A DNA stretch of 32,000 nucleotides from Ignicoccus islandicus DSM 13165 (GCF_001481685.1 NZ_CP006867.1:270001-302000); one strand, 5' to 3'. Numbered from the stretch's first letter, positions 9,471 to 17,927 are shown. Numbers and translations are program-made. Notes: generated by a model from the sequence alone, not told the origin.

Positions 9471-9773
9471 GTGTTACTGGAGGGTCCAAAGGTAGTAACG
9501 GTAGTAGTCACTACCCTAATTGGACCCTTAGTGAACGACACTTCTCCCTTTACCGAGCTTAACTCTTCAATTTCCGTAGTGACGGTGACCCAAACTCTCT
9601 CCCTCGTCACAACGAAACTGATAAGGGAAACTGTTACTACCACGGTAGAGGGTTCTTGCGACAGGTTCTATGGCGCTCTGGCGTTTTTCTCTATATTAGT
9701 TTTAATTCTCCTGTATAAATATTATAAGAAGTCAAAGAGCTGTAAAGGAACATCCGAGCCCCAATTCTATTAA
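9471..9773 (+). CDS. hypothetical V/T-rich protein with C-terminal transmembrane helix (coding status uncertain)
   Basis: 100-aa ORF with a GTG start 3 nt after the uL15 stop. It is low-complexity V/T-rich with NxS/T sequons and ends in a TM segment (FYGALAFFSILVLILLY) plus a KKSK tail. The 5' part coincides with a strong hairpin, and the opposite strand also gives a V/T-rich ORF. Confidence 0.35.
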   Translation: MLLEGPKVVTVVVTTLIGPLVNDTSPFTELNSSISVVTVTQTLSLVTTKLIRETVTTTVEGSCDRFYGALAFFSILVLILLYKYYKKSKSCKGTSEPQFY

Positions 9774-10571
9774 CTCATCCGGACCCAGAACTAGCTCTCC
9801 GTTCACGTAGTATTGAATAGTATTACTAACTATAGCGAACCTAGCTTTAGATCCGTATCTAAAGCTCGGGACTTCTTCCCCAGCGAACCTCCAACAAGCT
9901 TCGTCCAAGTGCTTGGCTCTCGCCCCTTCGTTCCAGTAGTGACTTTTCGCGATTAATTCCGCCAAGAAGGAAGCGAATACTGGACCGGTACATGGGGTAT
10001 AAGGCGAATATATTGCTTCAAGTAATTCGAGGGGGATTGGACTAGATATTCCCCATCTAGGTCCCATTTCGGTCACGAAGGCCGGTAACTCAATTAGCCT
10101 CGTTTCCCACGTAGTTACCCAAAAAGGATTCAGAACGATCTTGTTTTTCAGCTTCTCTGAAGCGTGCCTTATTGGCCACTCTCCGAACTTCCTCTTATAT
10201 CCGTACGAGCTCTCCGGAGTGACGGACCTTTGAACCACTGCCTTTTCATCCGGTAACTCTTCCGGTGGGGTCATTGGATCCATAATGAACTTAGTTTCCA
10301 CTTGAGGTAAAGGCGATTTCCTCTTTTTCGGTACTATTGCTAACCCAACGCCTCCTAGAATCAACGAGTCGAGGAAGCGTTCCGGGGGTTCTGGATGCTC
10401 TATTAGCTCTTCCAACGATCTCGCTGGGTTTACAGCTAGAGTACACTTCAATGGAACTACGCGAGCTTCCTTACAGTCTATTCTCTCGGACTGTTCCTCT
10501 TCAACAATTAATCCCTTCCTAACGTTTATTGAGAGCCCATTTCTACAATTATAGAAAGTAATACCACCCAT
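9732..10571 (-). CDS. hypothetical protein (279 aa), no motif recognised
   Basis: Long ORF with ordinary, non-repetitive composition that fills the gap between neighbouring genes. I could not assign a family by eye. Confidence 0.65.
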   Translation of the reverse strand: MGGITFYNCRNGLSINVRKGLIVEEEQSERIDCKEARVVPLKCTLAVNPARSLEELIEHPEPPERFLDSLILGGVGLAIVPKKRKSPLPQVETKFIMDPMTPPEELPDEKAVVQRSVTPESSYGYKRKFGEWPIRHASEKLKNKIVLNPFWVTTWETRLIELPAFVTEMGPRWGISSPIPLELLEAIYSPYTPCTGPVFASFLAELIAKSHYWNEGARAKHLDEACWRFAGEEVPSFRYGSKARFAIVSNTIQYYVNGELVLGPDELIELGLGCSFTAL

Positions 10572-10650
10572 AAATCCTACCTTGTATGTGTTCGTTCCTC
10601 AATGTAAGTTTATTTAGGTGTACGTGTGACACTCTCTTGAGGAGAGAGTC

Positions 10651-11184
10651 TTGAAGAAGATAACTTTCTTACTACTAGTCGGTTTACTAGCTCCGGCTTT
10701 CGCGAAAATCGTTGCGACCGTAGTAGTATCGCCTCCAAGTGGTTACACTGTAACGTATTATTACAGACTGAACGCAACTCTGAACATACCGGGATATGGG
10801 GTATTGCCCTTAGGGATAGAAAACACTACTACTGTTACCGATGGCCAACCGTTCACGACAACTGCAACCATACCAGTTGACGTGGAAATCACTTACACTA
10901 ACACTACTTACGCGACCTTTGAGGTAACTTACTATATATTTGCTAAGAACGACGACGTTCCTACTACCATGACTAACACTACTGCCTCTGCAATAGTAAA
11001 GACGGCCTTACTACTACCGGGTCAGAACATTGATTATCATTACGACGTAAACCTAGGGAGTTACTTCGGTAAGAGTAGCTTCAGCGTGAAAGCGGGCTTC
11101 AACGGTACAATACTCCCAATTGTAGGCCTCGCCGGAGCCGGAGCAGTTGCCTACCTAAAGAGAAAGCTTTCTAGGAGGAACTGA
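10651..11184 (+). CDS. secreted Thr-rich surface protein with C-terminal membrane anchor
   Basis: It has a signal peptide (KKITFLLLVGLLAPAFA) and a T/V-rich body with many NxT sequons. The C-terminus has a hydrophobic segment (ILPIVGLAGAGAVAYL) followed by a KRKLSRRN tail. TTG start. Confidence 0.6.
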   Translation: MKKITFLLLVGLLAPAFAKIVATVVVSPPSGYTVTYYYRLNATLNIPGYGVLPLGIENTTTVTDGQPFTTTATIPVDVEITYTNTTYATFEVTYYIFAKNDDVPTTMTNTTASAIVKTALLLPGQNIDYHYDVNLGSYFGKSSFSVKAGFNGTILPIVGLAGAGAVAYLKRKLSRRN

Positions 11185-11667
11185 CTTTTTTAGAACTTCC
11201 TCTGTTACAACGATCACACCATCTTCAGCCTTAACTTCGAAATGATTTCTTCTCAAGTAAGCCCAAGCGGCTATTGCGCAGAGGCAAGCGTCAATTTCGT
11301 CGTTATCCATTTCTCTTATCCAATTCAAGTAGTTCCCTACTCCTCTAGGGAAAGTTTCGATGACTCGAACTTTGGTTTCGTCGAGGGCCTCTAGCACTCT
11401 CTCTACGAGTTTCCTCATCCCCCTCCAACCTGGAGGCAGTACTTTGAGCCCTAACTTCCTAGCTTTCCTATCGACGTCCCTCATGGGTCCATTCGGTAAT
11501 TGAAGGGGCGAGTCTATTGCTATAACGCTAGCTCCCATTCCAACAGCCACTCTCAAGAGGGTCTCCAAATCGCCTTTTAAGGTTAAATTAAGGGAACCGA
11601 AGAGGCAAAGGGTCGAAGGTCTGACAGCAGCCGGATCTATTCCAGCTACTAGCAAGCTCCTACCCAT
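11155..11667 (-). CDS. RNase H-fold predicted nuclease (DUF429/COG2410-like)
   Basis: 170 aa. The pattern GIDPA ... VIAIDSPLQLP ... ETFPRG ... DEIDACLCAIAAWAY resembles the acidic-residue layout of DUF429-type RNase H-fold proteins. The family assignment is from memory only. Confidence 0.55.
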   Translation of the reverse strand: MGRSLLVAGIDPAAVRPSTLCLFGSLNLTLKGDLETLLRVAVGMGASVIAIDSPLQLPNGPMRDVDRKARKLGLKVLPPGWRGMRKLVERVLEALDETKVRVIETFPRGVGNYLNWIREMDNDEIDACLCAIAAWAYLRRNHFEVKAEDGVIVVTEEVLKKSVPPRKLSL

Positions 11668-11858
11668 TCACATATAATGGAAGAGGAATATATTGAGAGA
11701 TACGCTAGAGCGAAAGCTAATGCGGAATAAAGCAGTAACGTTTCAATCAACGCACCCAAATCCGTCAATAAGAACAAGTTTCCGCTTATTATAGAAATGA
11801 AGAGGTTAGCTAATCCAACGGACAGTCCTATTACTAAGGCGAGTCTTAAATCGTCCAA
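11649..11858 (-). CDS. small membrane protein (69 aa), hypothetical
   Basis: It has two hydrophobic helices and overlaps the start of the downstream same-strand gene by 19 nt, which suggests translational coupling. The ORF is short, so confidence is weak. Confidence 0.4.
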   Translation of the reverse strand: MDDLRLALVIGLSVGLANLFISIISGNLFLLTDLGALIETLLLYSALAFALAYLSIYSSSIICEWVGAC

Positions 11859-11945
11859 AGTTCTCTCCCGCTAATCCATTCCTTGCATCGGATTAAATCC
11901 TCAGTATTTTAGGAGCCTTCGTTGTTGCGTTGATGGGTTACGGCG

Positions 11946-12380
11946 TTGAAGGTATACTTGGTTGCGCACGCTCCATCGAGCGTCCAAAGGCTCGAGGACT
12001 TCGCTAAGTTAGCTTTTAACTTAGATTTGGTGGACGTCCTAGTGGTCACCAAGCCTTCGGGAGTGGCAGCCCAAGTCGGGCTCCCTGAAATATCCAAGAT
12101 GGCCTATAAGCTAGATAAGAAGTTAGTGGTTTTACCCGATATAGATGATGCAGTAGAGTTACTTAAACCGGACAAGGTCTACACTGTCTCCCATGACTAC
12201 GGTCGAAGAGTTAGGGAACTGGAGAAGGCTGATAGCGTAATGATAGTAGTTGGATTGAGCGATCCGGGCCTTACTAAGACGGAAGCTCAGAAAGGAGAGG
12301 CAATATATCCAGACGGTACTTCCGGCGACATAGGTCCTATAGCTGCCGTTTCAATACTGCTATCGGGACTCGGAAAGTGA
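11946..12380 (+). CDS. conserved archaeal protein, possibly COG4080-type (annotated elsewhere as RecB-family nuclease-like); function uncertain
   Basis: 144-aa ORF with a TTG start. Its stop overlaps the GTG start of the next gene (GTGA). It has an alpha/beta pattern, and the family is recalled only loosely. Confidence 0.6.
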   Translation: MKVYLVAHAPSSVQRLEDFAKLAFNLDLVDVLVVTKPSGVAAQVGLPEISKMAYKLDKKLVVLPDIDDAVELLKPDKVYTVSHDYGRRVRELEKADSVMIVVGLSDPGLTKTEAQKGEAIYPDGTSGDIGPIAAVSILLSGLGK

Positions 12381-12793
12381 TAGATAGGGTCGAAATCCAA
12401 GTTCACTCCCACGCTACCGAGGACGTTGAGAAAGTGAAGGAGGCAGTTAGGAAGCTACTGGGCGTTGAGCAAATAGAGTTCACTGAGTTGAAGGCAAGGG
12501 GGCACCACGGCAATCCGATAATTACGTTAATCGCTACCCTCAAAGGGAAAGAGGCTGAGAGGGCCGTAAGGAACCTCTTATCGAAAATGGATGAGTTCGA
12601 TTTCGAAATTATGGTTAGAGAATTAGATATCAGGAGCGAGAAAAGCAAACTGTACTTGAGGTTCGATAAACAAAAGGCTTACCTCGGTAAGACTGAAATG
12701 AGCTCCGGATCGGACGTAATAAGGGTAGTAATAGTGTTCAAGGGAAGGAAAGTGAGCGAGGACTTGCTAAGGGAGCTCAGAGGTTCGGAGTGA
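12377..12793 (+). CDS. UPF0201/COG1931-like predicted RNA-binding protein (exosome-superoperon associated family)
   Basis: The N-terminal VEIQVHSHATEDVEKVKEAV matches the characteristic xTED.eKV opening of UPF0201 proteins. The protein is 138 aa and is translationally coupled to both neighbours. Confidence 0.6.
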   Translation: MIDRVEIQVHSHATEDVEKVKEAVRKLLGVEQIEFTELKARGHHGNPIITLIATLKGKEAERAVRNLLSKMDEFDFEIMVRELDIRSEKSKLYLRFDKQKAYLGKTEMSSGSDVIRVVIVFKGRKVSEDLLRELRGSE

Positions 12794-13216
12794 ATGCTTT
12801 GCTGTGGAGCTGACGAAGCGTACTTCTCAAAGAACAGCGAAATGTGTATAGGAGTAGTGTGCTTAGAGTACAGTAAGGATGAAAAGGTCAGTAAGTGCGG
12901 AATGAACGTTGTAGAGAAGATAAAGGAGCTCTGTAAGGTTAAAGGCGTCAGGGAATTGAAGGGTTCCAGTCTCTTGAAGAGTAAGAAGTGCAATTCAAGT
13001 TACTTAGAGGGAGTCCTATTGAAATTGACCTATTCAGTTAAGTGTAGTAGGGAAGCAGCTTCGAGCGAGCTAAAGGAAAGGTTGTTAAGGGAGGCTTTAG
13101 GTGAGATACTTGAACGAAGTGAAGTCCGAATAGTAATTGTAGACGAAGGCTTAGTTAGGAATCTCACTAAGAGCATTTCAATAGAAGGTCGTAAGGAGGT
13201 CCGTTTAAAGCCTTAG
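12794..13216 (+). CDS. hypothetical protein (140 aa)
   Basis: The ATG follows directly on the TGA of the preceding gene, making it the third gene of a tightly packed operon. No family recognised. Confidence 0.55.
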   Translation: MLCCGADEAYFSKNSEMCIGVVCLEYSKDEKVSKCGMNVVEKIKELCKVKGVRELKGSSLLKSKKCNSSYLEGVLLKLTYSVKCSREAASSELKERLLREALGEILERSEVRIVIVDEGLVRNLTKSISIEGRKEVRLKP

Positions 13217-13267
13217 GTCCGGTCACAAAGCGCCAGTAGTGCAGCTAGCGGACGTACTCATACACTA

Positions 13268-13642
13268 TTACAAGAAGGCGGGTTCGTGACTGCTCCCCGG
13301 TCCTTCGTCCCCCTCCGTCGGGGGGGCATCCCCGGGCTCATCGCGTTCCATCCATCGCTTTCCCCTCGTTCCTAATAAATCAACGCCTATTAATTGAGAG
13401 AGTTCGCTCAGCTCCTTTAATCCCTTCTCCGTACACCTCACCATTAGTTTAGGTCTCCCTATCAAGGTTAGCGCTTTGAAGGTTTTGACTAAGTTCAGTT
13501 CCTCTAACCTATGTAGGCACTCCCACAAGGAAGACTTACTCAGTTCTAACGCATTGATTACTTCCTTGAAGCTGGCTTCTCCGTGAACGCATACGTAAAT
13601 CAAAGCAACTAAGCACTTACTCCCCCTTACTTCCTTCCACAC
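13268..13642 (-). CDS. winged-helix transcriptional regulator (ArsR/MarR-like)
   Basis: The layout ASFKEVINALELSKSSLWECLHRLEELNLVKT ... GRPKLMVRCTEKG is typical of an HTH followed by a wing. The gene overlaps the upstream membrane protein gene by 26 nt. It has an unusual acidic, Pro/Gly-rich C-terminal tail. Confidence 0.6.
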   Translation of the reverse strand: MWKEVRGSKCLVALIYVCVHGEASFKEVINALELSKSSLWECLHRLEELNLVKTFKALTLIGRPKLMVRCTEKGLKELSELSQLIGVDLLGTRGKRWMERDEPGDAPPTEGDEGPGSSHEPAFL

Positions 13643-14177
13643 TCCCTTGCACCTCTATGTAAGGTAAGAGCTCGTACGCGCCCCTTACTAACAAGTCGAG
13701 CGATATTGCGGAATACACCACTATTACGGAAATAGCGAAGGATTTCAACGAATCGAGCCCACTAAATGTAGCGAACGCAGTTAGTGGAAAGAGAGCGAAC
13801 GATAGGAGGGCCTCTAGTACCTCCCTTAACGCAAGCAACGTAATTGAGACGAAAACGGAGATCGAGAGCGAGAGGGGCAAGAAGAACGAGCAACGCGGAT
13901 AGGCGAATTGGAACGCGAGGAACGCCGCAATAGACGCTACAAAAGCTATGACCTTATCCTTCTTATTAATAGCGTGAGTTAGCGTACCGAGCCTCTTTAC
14001 AGTCCAAGAGTAAGGGATTAGTGAAAGGGCAGTGAAAACTGGCACGAAAGCTGGCTCCTTCAGTGCTTCGTATAGATAAAGTCCGAAGCTCATTGGAGCG
14101 ACCCATGAGAGGAAGGTAAGCGCTTCGAGCCTCTTTTTCTCCACCTTTATTAAGGATCTTATTGCCAATTCGCTCAC
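13617..14177 (-). CDS. polytopic membrane protein, hypothetical
   Basis: 186 aa with 4-5 hydrophobic segments. It is the first gene of a two-gene unit with the winged-helix regulator. Confidence 0.55.
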   Translation of the reverse strand: MSELAIRSLIKVEKKRLEALTFLSWVAPMSFGLYLYEALKEPAFVPVFTALSLIPYSWTVKRLGTLTHAINKKDKVIAFVASIAAFLAFQFAYPRCSFFLPLSLSISVFVSITLLALREVLEALLSFALFPLTAFATFSGLDSLKSFAISVIVVYSAISLDLLVRGAYELLPYIEVQGSVEGSKGE

Positions 14178-14216
14178 AAATCTATTTTTACGAGAACTAT
14201 ATATTTCGGTTACATC

Positions 14217-14236
14217 AAGTTCGGAGGACCGAACTT
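14217..14236. promoter_or_regulatory. perfect 8-bp inverted repeat AAGTTCGG-AGGA-CCGAACTT in a divergent promoter region; candidate operator
   Basis: Read directly from the sequence. It lies between the divergent starts at 14177 (-) and 14280 (+), next to the A/T-rich stretches CTATATATTT and TATTTTTA. Confidence 0.4.
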
Positions 14237-14279
14237 TGTAGTATGTAGAAATATTTCCATTACATTAAAACACTATGAG

Positions 14280-14546
14280 GTGGAGAGAGTGTTGGAAATC
14301 GTTTTCCCGATATTTACTAGCTTAGCCATAGCCTTGGTCCTCTTCTATCTCTGGAAAGGTCCTCAATTCCTTCAGGAGGCCTTGGGCGGAGCCTTAATAG
14401 CCATGCTCTTTGGGAGCGTTGGAGCTTACTTAGGAACGCTGATCTTCGCGGGTCAATACGCTACTCCGGAAGTATTAACTGCCTCGGTGATAGCGGCGTC
14501 AATAACGGCCATTTGGACTTACCTTTTCGCCTACGCACATAAATAG
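14280..14546 (+). CDS. small membrane protein (88 aa), hypothetical
   Basis: GTG start, three hydrophobic helices, and GAGG just upstream of the start. Confidence 0.5.
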   Translation: MERVLEIVFPIFTSLAIALVLFYLWKGPQFLQEALGGALIAMLFGSVGAYLGTLIFAGQYATPEVLTASVIAASITAIWTYLFAYAHK

Positions 14547-14585
14547 TTCTGAATAGGGCTTAAGACTAGAGCTAGAGTAAGGCCG

Positions 14586-16010
14586 TCAACTCTTACTAAT
14601 TTTCTCTTTAATCATTTCCCTTACTAATTTGGGATCTGCCCTTCCCTTAGTAGCCTTGAGCACTTGACCTACGAGGAAGTTGATTGCTTTTTCGTTCCTC
14701 TTGGCGTCCTCTACGGCTTTCGGATTGCTTTTAATTACTTTTTCCACGATTTTTTCAATTTCACTAACGTCTTTAATTGCGCGAAGTCCCTTTTCTTTAG
14801 CTATAGCTTTCGGTCTTTTACCTGTCTTCAGTACCTCCGGGAATACGATCTCCTTAGCCTGCTTCCAAGTAATTTCTCCTTTATCAACCATGTTGAACAG
14901 TTCCTTCAAATACCCTGCATTTAAACCCTCGCCAATGTCCATACCGAGCTCCTTGACCCATCTCAAGTACTCGACTACGAGGAAGTTCGCTACCCTAATT
15001 GGGTCGCCTACAGTTTTAGCGACTTCTTCGAAGGTATCCGCTAATTTCTTGGAAGAGGTCAGTACCTTAGCTAAATATTCGCTAACTTTATACTCTTTTA
15101 CGAATCTCTCTGCCCTCTCGTCCGGTAGTTCAGGCAATTCCATTCTAATTCTCTCTATCATTTCCTCACTTACGTAATATGGCGGTATGTTAGGCTCCGG
15201 CATGTATCTGTAATCTGCCTCAAATTCCTTACTTCTAGATGGTATTGTAACCCTCTTCGAAGAGTCCCAGTGTCTAGTTTCCCTCTCAACCTTCCCGCCT
15301 TGCTTTATCAAAGTAGTTTGCCTCACTATTTCGAACGTTAAGGCCTTCTCCACTTCTTTAGGGGAGCCTATGTTCTTTACTTCGACCCTCTCTCCACCGG
15401 GAACGCTTACGTTAGCGTCTGCCCTCATTGCGCCTTCCAAGGAACAATCGCAAATGCCTAAGTGCTCCAATACGCTCCTGAGCTTTTCGAGGAAGGCCCT
15501 CGCTTCCCTCGGACTCTCCATATCGGGTTCCGTCACTATTTCCAGCAACGCTACACCGGATCTATTGTAATCTACCAATACGTACCTCGACGCGAAGCCT
15601 TGAGGCCAAACGAGCCTCCCGGGATCTTCCTCTAACTGAACCCTTCTTATTCTGACTACCTTTTCCTTTCCATCGACGTTTATCGGTATGTAACCACCGG
15701 TACAAATTGGAGAAGAGCCTAGCTTGGTGAATTGCGAGATTTGGAATCCCTTAGGTAGATCGGGGTAAAAGTAGTGTTTCCTTGCGAACACCATCTTTTC
15801 GCTTACTTTACCCTTTAAAGCCAGACATAGAGAAACTGCCATTTCAACGGCCCTTTCGTTGAGAATAGGTAACGCACCGGGCAACCCCAAGCAAACTGGG
15901 CAGACGTTAGTGTTAGGCGGCTTGTCCCTGTAATCGCTAGGACAAGAACAGAAGAGCTTCGTTTTTAATGACGTTAATTGAACGTGGACTTCGAGCCCTA
16001 TGGTCGCCAT
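14586..16010 (-). CDS. gatB: aspartyl/glutamyl-tRNA amidotransferase subunit B (GatB)
   Basis: The N-terminal GLEVHVQL...KLFCSCP and later VCPVCLGLPGALP are GatB signatures. The protein is 474 aa and carries a C-terminal GatB/YqeY tail (NFLVGQVLKATKGRADP). Confidence 0.95.
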   Translation of the reverse strand: MATIGLEVHVQLTSLKTKLFCSCPSDYRDKPPNTNVCPVCLGLPGALPILNERAVEMAVSLCLALKGKVSEKMVFARKHYFYPDLPKGFQISQFTKLGSSPICTGGYIPINVDGKEKVVRIRRVQLEEDPGRLVWPQGFASRYVLVDYNRSGVALLEIVTEPDMESPREARAFLEKLRSVLEHLGICDCSLEGAMRADANVSVPGGERVEVKNIGSPKEVEKALTFEIVRQTTLIKQGGKVERETRHWDSSKRVTIPSRSKEFEADYRYMPEPNIPPYYVSEEMIERIRMELPELPDERAERFVKEYKVSEYLAKVLTSSKKLADTFEEVAKTVGDPIRVANFLVVEYLRWVKELGMDIGEGLNAGYLKELFNMVDKGEITWKQAKEIVFPEVLKTGKRPKAIAKEKGLRAIKDVSEIEKIVEKVIKSNPKAVEDAKRNEKAINFLVGQVLKATKGRADPKLVREMIKEKISKS

Positions 16011-16054
16011 TGAGATCCAAGCCGTAAGAGAGGGAGGAAAGGAGGAGTAAAAAG

Positions 16055-17635
16055 CTACTTCTTTCTAAGAGAAAGGACTAGGAGGGCCAGACCTATTAGC
16101 GCCACTACCGGGCTTCCGTAGTATATTATAGGCGGGTACCAGTAGCCCAACTCTTCTAACGGAAGCCTGCTCCATGGACTGTGGCAATCGACGCACTTCA
16201 AGGACTCCGATACTGGCACGACGCCGTGATCCACGTTCATGTACCTAACCATTTTTATGAATTTGCCAGTAAACGTCAAGTTAGCTACTTGCGCTCCCAT
16301 TTGTACGGCCTTGTTTACGTCTCCGAGCGCGAACACAACGCCGACCTTGATCGGTATTGGTATCCTCTTCTGTTCGTCGAAAGGCACGTAAGCAACGTGT
16401 TCTCTGAAGGGATAGATTTTGCCGTCTTCCTCGCTCCCTACGGGAGCAGCGTATACTATTTCGTTACCGTTCACTGGATCGGGATACAAGTAGGCCTTTC
16501 TTTCCTTGCCGTTCCACCATAGATAAGCGGGCTTCACGTTCTTCTTTAGGACGAGCTTAGGCTCCCATCTACCGAGCTTCTCGTTGAACTCAATGTGTCT
16601 CCAGTCCCTCTCCACGTCTATCGGATACTGTCCGTGAGCTATGTACGGAATGTGGCAAGTCTGGCAAGCTACCTTGTGATGGAAGTTCTCAATAATGAAA
16701 CCGACTATAGGGGCCCTGTGCCTCTCCTTGTGGCAGTCCGTGCAAGCGACCGCTTCAGCTTCCCTAGACCACGTACCTACCGCTTTCGTACCTACTTTAT
16801 GGTCTTCGAACTTATGGCAGTCTACGCAGTGGAGACCTCTAGCCATATGAACGTCGAAGTGAACGGAAACCGTACCCATTAGGTCCGGGCTTAAGTTAGG
16901 TCTCTTGAAGTGCGGGCCTCCACCCGCGAACGCGTGACAAGCGAGGCAGGCGTCCTTAGAAGGCTTCGCAACTATCTTAGCGGCCTTCTCAATAGGGATA
17001 TTGGGTACGTACCTCCATCCCTTTTCGGTCTTAACAACTACTTTCATTCCTTTCTTAACTCCAATTGCCCCTCCTTTGTAGTAGTTTGAGTGACATACGA
17101 GGCAGTCGACGTTCTCCAAGTCCTCCTTGGTAGGAGTTACGCTCGGTATCTTGCCTAGGCTCACTCCGTGACACATGGAGCAGCCAGTAGCGATTAGCTT
17201 GCCCTTCAGTTCTTCTTTTCCGGGTGGAGTTTTCTTTAATACGGCCTTCCCAATGAAGTTAACGGATACGTTTCCGTTCCAGAAGATAGCTCCGCAGAAG
17301 TCGTTGTAGAGCGTTCTACTACCGGCCCAAGTAACGCCTTTTCCAGCTACGTCGTCTACTTGGTTTATCAGTCGATAGTGATAGCTGTGGACTAGGTCCC
17401 TTACCTCCTTCTCGTGACACTTCAAGCACGTCTTAGAACCTTCGTACTTCGTTACGTTGAACTTTTGGAACACTTCCGTGTGATCAGCTATTCTGACTCC
17501 CTTCTCTTCAACGTATTTCCATGCGTCCTCTGCACTGGGGGCGAGCGAACAGAGCTGGGTTCCCACGACGAATATCGCTATGGTGCCGGCGCCTACTAAA
17601 AGTAGTAGAAGACCCAAAAGCGCTTGCATCCTCAC
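16055..17635 (-). CDS. octaheme c-type cytochrome with N-terminal signal/anchor and C-terminal transmembrane helix
   Basis: Eight CxxCH motifs were counted in the translation: CLKCH, CSMCH, CLVCH, CLACH, CVDCH, CTDCH, CQTCH, CVDCH. The N-terminus is hydrophobic (LLGLLLLLVGAGTIAIFVV). The C-terminus has a helix (VVALIGLALLVLSL) followed by RKK. Confidence 0.9.
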   Translation of the reverse strand: MRMQALLGLLLLLVGAGTIAIFVVGTQLCSLAPSAEDAWKYVEEKGVRIADHTEVFQKFNVTKYEGSKTCLKCHEKEVRDLVHSYHYRLINQVDDVAGKGVTWAGSRTLYNDFCGAIFWNGNVSVNFIGKAVLKKTPPGKEELKGKLIATGCSMCHGVSLGKIPSVTPTKEDLENVDCLVCHSNYYKGGAIGVKKGMKVVVKTEKGWRYVPNIPIEKAAKIVAKPSKDACLACHAFAGGGPHFKRPNLSPDLMGTVSVHFDVHMARGLHCVDCHKFEDHKVGTKAVGTWSREAEAVACTDCHKERHRAPIVGFIIENFHHKVACQTCHIPYIAHGQYPIDVERDWRHIEFNEKLGRWEPKLVLKKNVKPAYLWWNGKERKAYLYPDPVNGNEIVYAAPVGSEEDGKIYPFREHVAYVPFDEQKRIPIPIKVGVVFALGDVNKAVQMGAQVANLTFTGKFIKMVRYMNVDHGVVPVSESLKCVDCHSPWSRLPLEELGYWYPPIIYYGSPVVALIGLALLVLSLRKK

Positions 17636-17927
17636 AACAACTTCCCGCTTTAGAGCTTACTGACCAGTCAGAAATATTATGTAGTAAACATTTTCACACC
17701 GAATTTCTCTTTACCTAACCAATTGGTCAATTAGTTAACCCTTTAACGCTGTCAAAAGGGAAACTAGAGCTCCAATTACGGAAGCGATGTAAAACATAGA
17801 AGTTTTGTCGGGCCCATGAGATAAGAATGTCTACACCGTTCGGTACTTCAACTCTTTAAGAAATTCTCAGTCTACTAGCCAAGTATCAATTCAGTAAAGT
17901 AACAATATCGTCGAAGAGCGAATTCCA

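Noticed and set aside
10628-10650. Inverted repeat ACTCTC-TTGAG-GAGAGT just before the start of the Thr-rich surface protein gene
   Set aside because: The stem is only 6 bp in purine/pyrimidine-biased sequence and overlaps a likely ribosome-binding GAGG, so it is not distinctive enough to call a regulatory element.
13309-13326. CCCCC-TCCGTC-GGGGG(GG) hairpin and 7-G homopolymer that might mark a terminator or a slippery frameshift site
   Set aside because: It lies inside the 3' end of the winged-helix regulator ORF. No alternative frame gives a better C-terminus, and there is no oligo-T tract. It may explain the odd acidic, Pro/Gly-rich tail, but I cannot show a frameshift.
14664-15570. Several + strand ORFs (86, 165 and 66 aa) opposite gatB
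   Set aside because: They are antisense to gatB, are Ser/Leu/Phe-rich as expected for the complement of a Lys/Glu-rich gene, and would leave gatB unexplained.
16181-17718. + strand ORFs (113, 95, 61 and 65 aa) opposite the octaheme cytochrome gene
   Set aside because: The minus-strand frame carries eight CxxCH motifs and both membrane anchors, whereas the plus-strand ORFs have no features.
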